Positions 24,226 to 37,145 are shown, counted from the whole stretch's first letter. The stretch is 45,551 nucleotides of DNA, filler included, from Jimgerdemannia flammicorona (GCA_003990765.1; 2 parts of 2 records of this genome joined end to end with filler, not necessarily neighbours in it); one strand, 5' to 3'. Numbers and translations are program-made. Notes: generated by a model not told the origin, from the sequence alone.

Positions 24226-24831
24226 CTAAAAATATGTGAATAGCTTATTTAGATAATTAGAGAAGTAACCATCCCAGTAAATATAATTATAACCAATATA
24301 ACTAACTATAACATTCTCATTAGCAATTAATGACTTCATAAAGCTAAGATAATAATTGACCTAAATGCCCAGAAGATGTAGATCATCTACTATAGACAGA
24401 AGATATAAATCTTTATCAATATTAACAAAGAAGTCCTATCTGAAATAAAGAAAGAAGAAAATGAGCAAGAAGAAACTTATATGGTAATTACTCAGAAAAA
24501 AAAAGAAGAAGGTTAGAGAGATGAGTAAAGAAGATTGATGTAAGAAGATTATAGAAGAATATATACTATAAGGAGTTTGCCTTCATATAATTAAAATGTA
24601 TTATATAGAGTATGTTAATGATTGCTACATATCAATATATCAGTAGAATTAAGATCTACTACTAAAGAAGACAGAAGATACTTAAGAAATAGATATGTAA
24701 GAGAGAAGAAAGAAGAAAAGAAGAGGAAAGAGGATAATGAAGAAGAAATTAAGATCAAGATATAAAAGATCCACTATAATACAGTTCTACTAAAATATAA
24801 GTCAGAGAATACTACTGAAATAAATATTATC

Positions 24832-25264
24832 TAATGCTTCCAATAAATCAAATCAGATCAAATTTGACCCAAATTTGATTTAATTCAATTAAATCAAAAG
24901 TTCAATTTGTTTCAATTTGAATTGAATCAAAGGTCCAATTCAATTTGAGATTTGATTTAAACTCTATTTTTTGAAATATAATAACTTAATGAAACAAAAA
25001 TATGTCTAAATTTAATGATCTTTAGCTTATTAGATTTCTCTATATATATAAGAGAAATCTAATAAGCTAAAGATCATTAAATTTAGACATGTTTTTATTG
25101 AGTTATTATATTTCAAAAAATAGAGTTTGAATTAGACTCTCAATTCAATTCAAATTCAAATTGATTTGAACTTTATTTGAATTAAAAAATCCCCAATTTA
25201 ATTTGATTCAAATGACTCTCAATTTGATTGGATTTGAATTAATTCAATTTATTTGAGAGTACTA
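24832..25264. mobile_element. Fold-back hAT-type MITE (433 bp)
   Basis: Ends TAATGCTTCCAATAAAT...ATTTATTTGAGAGTACTA resemble the TAGTGCTCC hAT terminus. 8-bp TSD ATATTATC (24824-24831) / ATATTACT (25265-25272). Palindromic body centred at ~25046. Confidence 0.75.
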
Positions 25265-25560
25265 ATATTACTACAGTAGAGAAAACTACACTTAAACCCC
25301 AGATAATCACTCTACTTATAACTAGTCTAGAGATGACTATTCCAAAAGACTAGATCAGAATTCTCAAGACAAGAAGTAGTCTGGCTAGAAGTAAGATTAC
25401 TATTGAAAGAGAAGTTATCAATTCAGATTATACTGGAGAAATACTACTCATTGCTAGAAACTATAATTCTGCAATTCTATTTCCAATCAAGAAGAAGGAA
25501 TGACTAGTATAGATATTGATCTTCCTGATCCTATAGCTAAAGATCATAGAAGTTAAGAAG
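25265..25560 (+). pseudogene. dUTPase domain of the Gypsy polyprotein
   Basis: From 25321: TSLEMTIPKD*IRILKTRSSLARSKITIEREVINSDYTGEIL, i.e. dUTPase motif II (RSS) and motif III (GVIDSDYTGE) after reversing G->A changes. Confidence 0.8.
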
Positions 25561-27497
25561 TTGGAGAAAACAGAAAGTGAAAGAAAAGAATTCAGATCTA
25601 TAGGAAGAGGAGTATTCATTAGAACCAAGATTACTAAACTGGATCACAAGAAGGAGAACACCATGAACAAATACAGCTATATTATCAAAATGAATTCCCA
25701 CTCAAGAAGGAGCTCAAGAAGATACTCTATGAATTTGAGAATATTCTTACTACAGATTTCAAGAATATCAAAAAAAAAAAAATACTATACTACTATCATA
25801 ATATAGATATAGAAGATACTGAACCAATCAATCAGAAGCAAGAACTATTCCACTAGCTTACCACAAATAGCTTAGAAAAGAAATCAAACAAATGGAAGAA
25901 GCTAGTATTATTAAAGAAGTTAGTAATTCTTGGGCTTTATCAGTCATACTAGTCTCAAAGAAAGAAAGCAAACCTAGAGAATTTGCCCCAAGACTCTGTA
26001 TTAATTACAAAAAACTCAATCTAGTTATTGGGAAGAATTGTCAATTATTGCCACTCATTAGTAATATTCTTATAACTCTGGAAGACAAAGTACAGTATTA
26101 TAGTACCTTGGATTTATATTCAGAATTCTACCAAATTGGCCTCATAGAAGTAATAAGTAAAAGGTCTGCCTTCATTACCTCAGATAGAATCTATGTCTAT
26201 CTGTAAATATTATTTAGAATATGTAATATATGTATCAGTAGGCTTCTAGTGAATAATGAATAAAATCTTCTACTATAATATAGAAATATAATAGTTTATA
26301 TAAATGATTTTATTATCTACAGCAAGATAGCACAGGACTACCTATAGTATATCCAGCAGATGATAGAGAAGCTATAGAAGCATGGTCTATATATTAAGTT
26401 CAAGAAGTGCAAATTTATAAAAATTGAGATCTTCTATCTTGGCTATATCATTAACTGAGATAGAATATACACAGACTCTCTCAAGATTCAAGCAGTAGTA
26501 CATATAGTATATCCAAGGTCCACTACTATTACAGAAGCTCAAGCCTTCATTAGACTTATCTCATATTATTGTAAATTTATTAAAAAATTCTTTAATATCA
26601 CAGATCCAATCTACAAACTCAATAAGAAGAATATCAAGTTTCAGTAGATGGATAGGTAAAAGAAAGTATTTGATGAGCTCAAGATCAAATTGGTCTCAGA
26701 AATTCATTCTGCAGATAGATGTAAGTATGTAAGAACTAGAAGTAGGTCTGGTTCAAAAGAAAGATAAAGTAGAATATATTATTACATATCTCAGTCAAGG
26801 AATCTAAGACACCGAAAAAGAATATAAATTATATAAATTAGAGTATCTTGTAGTCATCTGAGCTATAGAAAAGTTCCACTACTATCTTGCTAAAAGATAC
26901 TTTACTATTCATATAGACTATTTAGCCCTCACTTGGCTACTGACTACAGAGCAACTCAAAGGATCTATATCAGATGGATTATGAAGTTGCAAGCCTATGA
27001 TATAACTATTATATATTGTCTTGAAAGAACTAATACCAATATAGATACTTTCTCACAGATATTCTAAAGAACTCCTATCTAGTAAACTAACTATAAATAA
27101 GGAACTCTATTATGAAATTATCACCTACTTGAAACAGTGAAAGATATCTCAATATTTGAAAGAATGGATATAAATAATTATCAACAGAATATAGAAATAA
27201 TTTAAAACTAATAGAGAAATACTAAAGAACAAAAAAGCTACTAGTTATATCTAAATATAAGAAAAAGTAAACAATAAAATTATCATATAAATTTAGCTAT
27301 CTGAGAGGAATAAATCTATATGATAAAGCAAGAAGAATAATATAGTAGTCAGGAATAAAGAAAGATATCAGGCAATTTGTCAAGATCTGTGACAAATACC
27401 AGAAACAAAAATAAGACCAACAAAATCAGACCTCAGAATTAGTATACATAGGACTAATACTCTTTGCATATATTATAATAGATATAATTAGCTCTCT

Positions 27498-27552
<55 letters not shown>

Positions 27553-27621
27553 TTTTTTATAGTCACTTGGACTCTACCATTTATTACCTGTCTATTAATA
27601 AGTTTACAGTATATCCTCCCA

Positions 27622-30600
27622 CTACCCGATCCCCATAGGGGTGCCACTCCTCTCATCTATGCGAACAAAGGCCACTTTCTCACCCACAACTCCAACCCTC
27701 CCCCCACTCTGCCTATAGATTTTCTCTATCAAATGATGCCTTCGACCCCCCTGCAACCCCCAACCAAGCCACCAGCCTGTCAAGGTGTCTTCCATAAGGC
27801 TACGCCACCTCAGCAGTCTGACCTCTGAGCCAAGTCTCCTCCCATCCTTAAAAACAAATAACCAGTGACTGGCCAGCCCCACCCAAATGGCCAAAGCCCA
27901 CCCTAATATCAGTCATTCCTTCCCTACCCCCCTCTCCAATCTATCCCTTAAATCCTCCCATTGCCCCTGCATATCAGCTCCCCTACACACTACCCCCAAA
28001 TAATTCCCAATGATCTGCCAAAAGGTACTAAGTACCTTACACTCTCCTAGCCAATGTTCAGATGTCTGCACATATCTCCCTTCCTGCTCTACATTATAAT
28101 ACTCTTCACAGTCGAAGCAACCTCCCTCGATAAGGTGACCTGAGCAGAAGTTGAGTATGATATTCCACCTCAGTACATGCCACCAGACCACTCAGTACTT
28201 CAGCGGCAGCCATCTCCTTGCCTTGGTACTCCAGGCCCAAATGCTACACCAGTCCCACTTCTCACTGATTCCTACTCCTTACCAACTGCTAGGCCACAGG
28301 TCCTGGCCTGGTCCCTGTTGGCATTTGATCCCATCACCAATGTCAAACTCAATTAAGAGAATGCTGTACAGTAACACTTGGTCCCATCTCTACATCACTG
28401 GGTCCCAAGCTGTCTCTCCTTCATTTCTCTTTCACCTAATTCCAATGTGGCACACCCCCTCTGCCACTCCCCACTAGAAGCCTTTATATCACAATTGTTT
28501 GGTGTTCTGAAGGCCAACAAGTGCTAGGAGATCACCAGTTGAACCCCTTAGAGAGGACCTCATCTCTCAGACTTTCTGCAGTAGGGGGACCCAACCACCC
28601 CCTCCCAACTCCACCACTCTCTTCAGCCACCATGCTTGCAAGTAGTACAGCCTCTTAGGAAAGTCAACCAGCCCAAGTCCCCCACTAAGGATAAGACCTC
28701 CCAGCTGATCTGACTCCACCTTCTAGCCCAGATCCACCCCTTGGCCAGCTTCATCAATCGCTTCACCACCCAAGCTGGGAAGTCCAGATAATAAGCCAGA
28801 TACTACAACTTTGGCAGCCAATAGACATTCAGAATCAAAACACATCCTACCAGAGATAATTGGTGACCCCTCCAACTCTGCAGGGCCTCCTCCCAGATGT
28901 CAACCTGCTGCTCTCACCAAAGTCTGAGCAGAACTGACCTATATACTGATAGATAAATACCCAAGTACTATACCACCTCACCAGTAGAGACAATGGTACC
29001 AATAATCTCCCCTCCTTCCAGACCATTGCCTAATACCATTGTTTTGCACTTATGCCAATTAAGCCTAGCCCTGGAGTTCGCCTCATACCACTCCACTGTT
29101 TCCTTGAGCTTCTCAACATCCACAATTGATTCCAGGCCAACCACCATGTCATCTGCAAATGCCCCTACTTTCCACCCAATGCCAAAGATAGAGAGCCCCA
29201 CTATCTTCTGTCTGATTCTGTCCATGAAGGGCTCCAGAGAAAGAGCATACAAAATGGGAGACAGTGGGTCCCCCTGGGGCACCCCCCTACCCAGGGGAAA
29301 TACTACCCCTCTGTGTCCATTACACATGAGTGCAGCCCTACTTTCTTCCAGTAGGCTGACCATGGCTGTCCTGAACTGGTGCGGGACCCCAATCCTATCC
29401 AATACTTTTGCTAGCTAGACCCATTACACTCAGTCATAAGCCTTCTCCTGGTCCAGAAAGACCAGATGCCCATCCGGTCCACTGGCTCACACCTCTTCAA
29501 TAACTCCATGAACCCATGCTGTGTCATCCCTGATGAGCCGGCCTCCCACAAAGCCCCTCTACTCATCACTCAAGACTTGCTGGGCCACCTTTTGCAACCT
29601 TGTGACCACTACTTTGGTAACCAACTTTCTGTCCATATCCAGTAACATAATCGGCCTCTAGTTCTTTCAGTCCTCTCACCTTCCTTTGTTCTTATAAAGC
29701 AACATCACCAGCCCCAGATCCTGTTCCCCCACCCATCTCCCTGTCTGTAGAATCCAATCACACAGTGCTGTCATCTCTCCCAGTACTTCTGGGACTCCCA
29801 CCATCTTTTTCCAGAAGTCCCAGGGCAGACCATCCTCCCCAGGCGCCGTACCCAAGGTTGTTATGGCAAGAACCTGGCAGATCTCCTCCTCTTGCACTGG
29901 CAGTACTAAGTCACCCAGCCCATCTGCTCATATAGGGTGCCAATCCTCCAATACTCAGTCAATGTCCTCAGTATCTGCCCCACCCTCCTTCTCACTCCAC
30001 AATCTACTCCAATACTCCTTTAACAATTCAAGAATGTCTTGTACACTATGCACCAATATACTATCAGCATTAAGCACCCCCTCCCACCTTTATTGCACCC
30101 TTCTTGCCTGAAGAGCTCTTGTGAGAAACTTTGAGGGCCGCTCTCCTTCCTCCAACCCTTGCCAATGAAGCCATGCTGCCAGACCCTGGACCCTTACCTC
30201 TTCCTCATTCTGCAGCACCTGTTGTAGTTCAACCACCTCCATTCATATCCTTATCAATCTCCAGTCCTCCTCCCCCTCTAATGTCACTAGTCTCGCCCAG
30301 TCCTCCAAGAGTCTAGACAGTCTACTAGAAGCCCACTGTACTTGCTGCCTCCTCTGTTTCCCAGCCTTCTTACCAGCCTCACTCCAGAAGGTCCTGGCCA
30401 TCGCCTTCATCCTCATCCACTGAATACCAACTGGGGCACCTTCCTACCTCCAGCACTCCACTCACAGTTGAATGTCTTCAGCCCACTCATCCCACTGGAT
30501 CTTATCATCTAGTAAGGAGGAATTGAGACGCCAATGTCCAGGCCCATCTCCACTTCCCCCAAAATGCCCCTGCCCTAAAAGCCCCCAATGGTCTGACCAA

Positions 30601-30865
30601 GGACACCATTCCATCTCCAGCAACTTCCAAACATCCAAGCCCCAGCAGCTGGCTGTCAGAATCCAATCAATCCTCATCCCCAGGCCTCTGGCCCAGTGTG
30701 TGTACACCCTTCTATCCCCCCAACATTCTCTACCTGCATCCACCAGAGCACTCAGTCTTTCCACTTCCTCCCATGATGCCAGTCCTCCACTCTGACCCTC
30801 AGCTCCTTGTCCTCCATCAGTTCTATCTCTCAATATATCTCAGACCATATTGAAGTCCCACTGAG
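27622..30865 (-). pseudogene. LINE ORF2, 3' part: end of AP endonuclease, reverse transcriptase, C-terminal CCHC finger
   Basis: GDFN, RIDWIL, SDH, WRLNSSLL, APGEDGLP, GVPQGDPLSP, FADD, CxxC...EHWLGEC; many in-frame stops. Confidence 0.9.
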
Positions 30866-31211
30866 TAGTGCTCCGAATGAATAGAGTTGATCCGGGTGAG
30901 ATTCAATTCAGATTCGTCATGTGATGGATTCGAATCAACTTGGATTGGTCTCGTGATCTGATCCGGATTGATCCGGATTGATCTGGATTGATCCATCCAT
31001 TCGGATTGAAATCTTTGGTGACGTCACCCTTTCTTTTGTTCATTTCACTCTTGTTTTTTTTTTCTGCCGCACTTTGGTGACATCACCCTATCCTTTGTTC
31101 CCTCTCTTTTCTTTGTTCTTTTTCTTTGTTCTTTCCTGCCACATCACGAGCAAACAAAACAGCAGTCCTAAATTCATACGTTGGTCCAGTCTACTCATTT
31201 TTCACCCTATA

Positions 31212-33310
31212 ATGATCGTCAAAAGAGGGAGTATTCAAGGTGGAAACGCACTCTCTGCTGACAATGTTAGATTCTTTCTCATATGGACAGCACACAAGCT
31301 GCTCATCGAGAGCCAAAGGGGTGACAGCAGTGGCAGTGGTGGTGGCGATGGCGATGGCAATGGCGGGGATGAGGGAGAATTCCGGCAACAACTCATGGTG
31401 GCCCTTTGGACCTCAGAATTCACAGACCTCACAGCTATGTATGCGGCAGCCTTTTTGGAGCAGCCGATAGTAGATGTAGGTTGCTCACTCGGCTGCCACT
31501 TGTTTACTTGTGTTTATTTATTTAAACTTCCCCAGCATGACCCAATTCACCTTGTGCTTTTCTCAGGGTTCACAGCTCTACGGCGAGATCTGCTGACTTT
31601 ATTCACAACATCTGGTCAAGATGAAGAAAGGCTGATGGACGTTGCGGGGCATGCCTTTGGTGGCTGAGCTGTTGAGTCAATGCATCACGTGGTGGAGGTC
31701 TCAAAAGAAACAGAAGCAAGCCTTCGTGAGCAATTCTTGTACAACTCGTACAACTCGTCGGCATGCAACTCATTGGCATGCAACTCGTCGGCATGTAGCT
31801 CACTCACTCATGCTCTTTTTCTGAAATACCCATCTCTGTGTTTATTTTAATTTCATTTTTACGTGGTCTCTCCCTAAAAAACACCCACATCCATATGCAA
31901 CCTGCACGCAACCCGTCCGCACGCAACCCGCCTGCCCACACGCAACCCGCCCACACGCAACCCGCCTGCAACCCACCCGCACGCAACCCGCCCACAACCC
32001 ACCCGCAACCCACCCACATGCAACCCGCCCAAACACAACCCGTCCGCATACTTATCTCGGTCCCTCAGATCAGGGCTCAGTTCCAGTGGAAAGGAGAGTT
32101 CAAAGTTACCCGAGTTCAACCACGTCCGGCATCTGACCAAATAGAGAAATTTGAGGGCAAGATGTTCAGCATGAGCAGCACCAGCATCGTCATCAAGGCT
32201 TGGGGGTCTACATTCGAATCAGAGCCAATCGTACTCAACCAAGGGGTCCATTGGCCAGCAGGAGTAACCAACGATGAAGAGAACTATATCTTTATTAACG
32301 AACGTGGAGAGGTGGTTGCGATGGTGGTAAGGAACCTCTATGGCAACGAGCTTCACCACCACATCAACGAGATTTGCGAGGATTGCGTCAAATACCAGGT
32401 GGCAGGGAAGAGGGGGCAAAAAAAGCAAGGAGGGGGGGTTTGGACGGGAATTGGGTATACTGCAACACTGGTGAAGGATGGGTTCTGAAATCCCCCGCAC
32501 TTGTCTCCCTTTTTTTTTTAACCCCTCCCCAGATAAATCACACTCTTCGCCGACATACTCTTTTTGATACAATTCCAGGGATGCACAAGATTCTGTACCC
32601 CTACTGGAACTTTAGAAGTGCCATCGAAGAGCAAACTGTGCGCGAGCACGACACGGCCTGTGCGGCGATGGCGGCTATGATCTGGGGTTCTTTGAGCAGA
32701 TTGGTAGAGCGTATGGTAGGCCAGCTTGGTGGTGATCTCGGCGCGGCTGTACGTATGTTCTTGGCACAATTTAGCATGCCGTATGAGGTGAGGAGCTCCG
32801 CTTTTTTGGGGTGCTGCAGCCTGGGGGGTTTCTGCGGCCCGGAGGGTTTCTGCCCCCCGAACGCAAAAAGGACTGACCAGTTGTCGTCCGTTTTGGCAGG
32901 TTTCCAAGCCGGGGCTCCCGGGGCTGGACCAAGGGCAGGCATCCACCAGTACAGCCTGGTAGTATGAGGTCCTGGGCCAAGGGTTCATCCAACCGTATGC
33001 TCGCGTCACATCAGGATATATCGGGCGCAACCTTTCTCTGCCCACACACACAGACAATAATGTCACTCCAGTAATGTTTTACATCCCGGAAAGGAAGGGC
33101 CCATCCTGGGAGGACAGTGGCGGAGTCTGGTATGACCTCACCTATGGTTTCGGGGTCCCGTTTGCAGCCAACACGGCTGTCCTATTCCAACCACATGACT
33201 ACCACGGCACCATCGCCTTCGAGGAGAGCTCGGACACAACAGTCATCGCACTCACAATGGATGACAGGCTCATCAAGGCCTGGGACCAGCGGGTGGAGCA
33301 GTTTTTGTGA
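31212..33310 (+). pseudogene. hAT cargo gene: putative TET/JBP-like 2OG-Fe(II) dioxygenase, 5 exons, ~496 codons, 3 premature stops
   Basis: Phase-consistent GT-AG model: 31212-31475, 31567-31725, 32069-32470, 32533-32787, 32900-33310. Motifs GGGVWTGIGY, LPTHTD (HxD 33047-33055), GGVWYDL, VLFQPHDYHGT (His 33203-33205). Stops at 31594 and 31633 (TGA) and 32960 (TAG). Confidence 0.7.
31895..32045. repeat. 15-bp tandem minisatellite (GCAACCCGCCCACAC-like) inside cargo intron 2
   Basis: About ten degenerate units; a second short array (CAACTCGTCGGCATG) lies at ~31740-31800. Confidence 0.85.
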
Positions 33311-33578
33311 GGGTTAGGCAATCTTTCGTGAGGGTTAGGCAGCCATTTTGTGTGGGTTGGGCAGTCTTATGTGGGGAGGTTGGGCCGGGCACCTCTTATG
33401 TAGCACTAGCTTAGCCATTATGTAGGGCCCTACTGGCCCCTTGGCTCTGCTCTGTAGTGCCGCTGGTGCGGCGCTGCAGCGCAGGGCCGGGGTGCCCGTG
33501 GGACCCGAACCAGTGACTTCGACCACCGGAAACGCCCTCCGACCACCAGAAGCACCCTCTGCCCCGGACTCCTTGGTG

Positions 33579-33885
33579 GCTTGGGGCTGCCCCTATGCCG
33601 CTGGCGGAGGGCCGCAAATTTTGCGCGCTCTCTCCGCCTGCCCTGCCCGCCAACCGACCCCGCCCACTGACCCGGGCGCTGACAGCTTGGGGCTGCCCCT
33701 CGCTGCTGATGGAGGGCTGCAAATTTTGTGTACTCCCTCCGCCCCCCCCCCGACCTGGACAATTACAGCTTGGGGCTGCTCCTTGCTGCCAGCGGAGGGC
33801 CGCAAATTTTGCGTGCTCCCTCCGCCGACCCGCCCACCGACCCGCCCACTGACCCAGGCACTGGCAGCTTGGGGCTGCCAACCCC
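33579..33885. repeat. GC-rich ~80-110 bp tandem repeat between the convergent 3' ends
   Basis: GCTTGGGGCTGC at ~33579, 33686, 33768, 33867; the first three are followed by GGAGGGCYGCAAATTTTG. Confidence 0.85.
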
Positions 33886-34001
33886 GCCCCACTTTGGCCG
33901 CAAACTCCGGACCGAGTCCTCAGGTTTTTTTCCTTTTATTAATTTGAAAGGTATTAAATATTCCACAAGGCCAACCAACTTATCCGCAGATCTGCTGAAT
34001 T

Positions 34002-36579
34002 TTAGCAGCCCGAGCCCCACCAAGACTTCAGACACATACATGCCCGGATTGTCTCAGCATTCAGTGCACACCTCTTTGGGGCAACGAGGTCCACCCCATC
34101 TGAGAACACCTGCTTGACGGGAGCACTGGAGGCAGGAATTGCCAGGTAGTCCTGAGCCATACCACATAGGCTGGAGAAGTCCATTTGATGCAGCTGCATG
34201 CCCCGGTGGGTAGAGTAGAGCGGTGGTTAGATTGGTGGGTTAAATTGGCCCAACGCCTGCCAGACAACCCACCTTCCACCAGTTGAGCACCTCTGTGCCC
34301 TCCAGCAGGACCACGCAGTCGCTGGCAAGATAAATGGTAAGTTTGTCTATTGATGGCAGCTCTTCCACTGACGGCTCCCTCTTCCTCTTTCTGTCGAAGT
34401 AAATATGGGACAGGAGGGGTCCCTCGGCATATTCGTCTGGACTTCGGCCAGAACCTTGCGGTGGTGCATAGTTTTTCCGGTACACTTCAATTATGGCCTG
34501 CTTGGTTCTCTCAATAAAGTGCTTCTCCCAGCCCTGATCTTTATAGTATTGTAGCTTTAAGCATGGGTCCAGCACTGTTCAAAGAAAAGGAGAGTGAGTT
34601 TTTGCGGGGTTTCCTCTGTTTTGGAAGGGGCAACGGCCACACGCCGACATACCTGTACTGATTGAGTATACAGCGGTATCTGTTTGGGTGTAGTATTTTC
34701 TAAGCTTGCTTAGAGCAACCACCATGGCGTCTCTCTGATCCAGGCTTAACTGTAAATCACCGCAACCCTCCAGCCTGTCCTCGAGCTTGTCCTCTAGCTG
34801 GTCAATCAGAAGGTTGTATACCGGTATCGCAGAGCTTATTGCCGGGGTCATTTGTTTGACTATATCCTTCGTACAATCGTCAAAACACTGGCAGTTATAT
34901 ATGGTGAGGTGTTGCACTATGCGGAGGCAGACAAAATGAGTGTCAAGCCAGGGCAACCACCACTTACTTCCAAAACTCTGACAACATTCCTAAGTATGTC
35001 CCACTCACTTTCACCTAGAGCCTCGGCTCATATTTCCTTGTCGGCAGCCATCGTTGAATCTATTGGCTTTTTTTTTTTTTAAAAAAATAAATCTTCCATC
35101 ATCCGAAACAGTTGCTTCAGCCGACTGAAGAAAAAAAGGATGCATACCACAGCAAACTCCAGCGCGTGCTGGATCATTGCAAATGTTGAGTTCCAACGCG
35201 TACAGACGTTCAATATAAGCTCTTTCGGGGCTAAACTGATTGCCCTACACTGCGCAGCAAATTTGTCTTGTTGTTGTGGGGACGATCAGACCGACACAAC
35301 CAGTTTGCGCAGCTTGGAAATTATACTCAGGGCACCTCCTCTCTCGGATGTTTTGTCTACATGTGTAAGATAGTCCTGAACAGCGAGGTTCAGTACGTGG
35401 GCCTGGCATTGCACACGGCAGCTTTCTGCACTGAAGGCCACGTTTTCCTGTTTGAGGCTGGCGGCTAAACCTTGGAAAAATGTTGAGTTGTTTGTAGCAT
35501 TGTCCGTCGTAATGGCCAAAATCTGTACTTGAAATATTTGGTTGACAAATTTATGTGAAAATAAGTAACCAATAAAATCTGGTTTGGTTTAGGACCTCTC
35601 TCAAAATGCCGACCTGATGGCAAGCCCCCCTTTTTTACCTTGGTAGTGATCCCAAGCTCCTGGATACAACTAATAAAAGCATCTGCGATGTTGTCTCCAG
35701 AATGAGGGCCAGCAAGTTTGACGAAGTCAAGGGTGAGAGATTTAAGCTGCCAATCGAGGTCAATCCAATGACCAGTAATGCTCAGAAACGAAATTGCATT
35801 GGGGGATGTCCATGTGTCGATCATAAACGAAATTTTGCCTGCCGAATTCTGCTTATTGAATGTGAGGTTAAATTGGTGAGCTCTTTTGTATAATTCAGCT
35901 TGCAAAGGTCATGGTGCTGCCCTTATTTTACCTGAAGTATCTGGTGGAGATTGTCGTGCTCCTTCCTATAGGCCTCTAGGACATCTTTGCGAATAGTATC
36001 GGCACTTGGCAAATATAAATCATGCTTGAGGAGGCCAAAGATGCTATGCAATTGATCACTCTCGATGGTTGTGAATGGCTGGTCTGTGCACACAATCCAG
36101 CGAATGAGCCGATTTCGAAATTCTGCCGAAGAGTATGGCTAAAATTTTTGATTAAATGGCATTGTTGGTACAGAAATGGTCAGGCAATCGGATAAACGTA
36201 CCCACCACAGCTTAGATGTCGATTTTATTTGTCTTCATGTTCTTTTTTATTTTGTCAGAGTGCTTGTCTTTTATGTGTCGATTTATGTTCGAAGTTGTAC
36301 TCCCAAGCATTTTGAACTTCTGGCTGGTGCAGTTCATGGGAGTGGATGAAACAATATCATGTATGTGTCAAACAATATCATGTGTGTGTCAAAACAAAGT
36401 GTCAATAGATGTGTCTTAATTTTTTACCTGCAATAATTACAAACAACATCATCTCCTATCTTAGTACAATATTGCCAGATTTCAGAGCGAGGATTGCATG
36501 GAAGGTGTGGAACTATCAGAGATGTTTGACTTGAAGCATCATCGGTACTGTGAACTGTTGAAGACTGATCTGTCGACAT
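34002..36579 (-). pseudogene. hAT transposase (BED zinc finger, DDE core, dimerisation domain), intron-containing, inactivated
   Basis: SEIWQYC...CNYC...NINRHIKDKH (BED); SFMIDTWTS; AITTDNATN; CQAHVLNL; TRWNST; LDP; YLAIPASSAPVKQVFS...KRCAL. Stops at ~36212 and 35286; the third catalytic Glu reads Lys. Confidence 0.93.
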
Positions 36580-36679
36580 GTGTGTTTGCGTGTTTGTGTA
36601 TGCATGTGTATGCGTGTGTGTGTATGCATGTATGTGTGTTGTGTTGTGGATGCGTCCGGCATATGAGTCATGTGGAGGA

Positions 36680-37145
36680 TTTGGATTGGAGGATTTGGTT
36701 GAAGGATTCGGATGAGGATTCGGATTGAAGGATTCGAATTGGAGGATTCGAATTGGAGGATTCGAATTGGAGGATTCGAATTGAGTGATTCGGATTGAGT
36801 GATTCAGATTGAGTGATTCGGATTGAGTGATTTGGATTGAGTGATTCAGATTGAGTGGTTCGGATTGGAGTGATTCGGATGGGTGATACGGATGGGTGAT
36901 TCGGATGGGGCAATTCGGATGGGGCAATTCGGATTGAGTGATTCGGATTGAGTGATTCAGATTGAGGTGGTTCGGATGGGTGATTCGGATGGGTGATTCA
37001 GATGGGGTGATTCGGATGGGTGATTCGGATGGGGCGATTTGGATGGGGCGATTCGGATTAAATCTGAGTTGATCCGGATGGCTTCGGATTTGAGATTCAA
37101 ATCAAACTGTCATGTGACAAATCGAATCTGGATTTGATTTGAATT
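36680..37145. repeat. hAT subterminal 14-bp tandem array (GATTCGGATTGAGT / GATTCGGATGGGT)
   Basis: Many short units visible; related motifs at 30885-31010. Putative transposase-binding sites (inference). Confidence 0.85.

Noticed and set aside
30978..31667. 229-aa ORF as a stand-alone gene
   Set aside because: It reads through an intron; only 31212-31475 fits the phase-consistent cargo model.
33335..34117. Overlapping ORFs in several frames
   Set aside because: Caused by the GC-rich tandem repeat; no recognisable domain.
36424..37145. Short-period repeats as a CRISPR array, or the ORFs over them as proteins
   Set aside because: Contiguous 14-bp units without unique spacers, at a hAT end in eukaryotic DNA; the ORFs are repeat read-through, apart from the transposase first exon starting at 36579.
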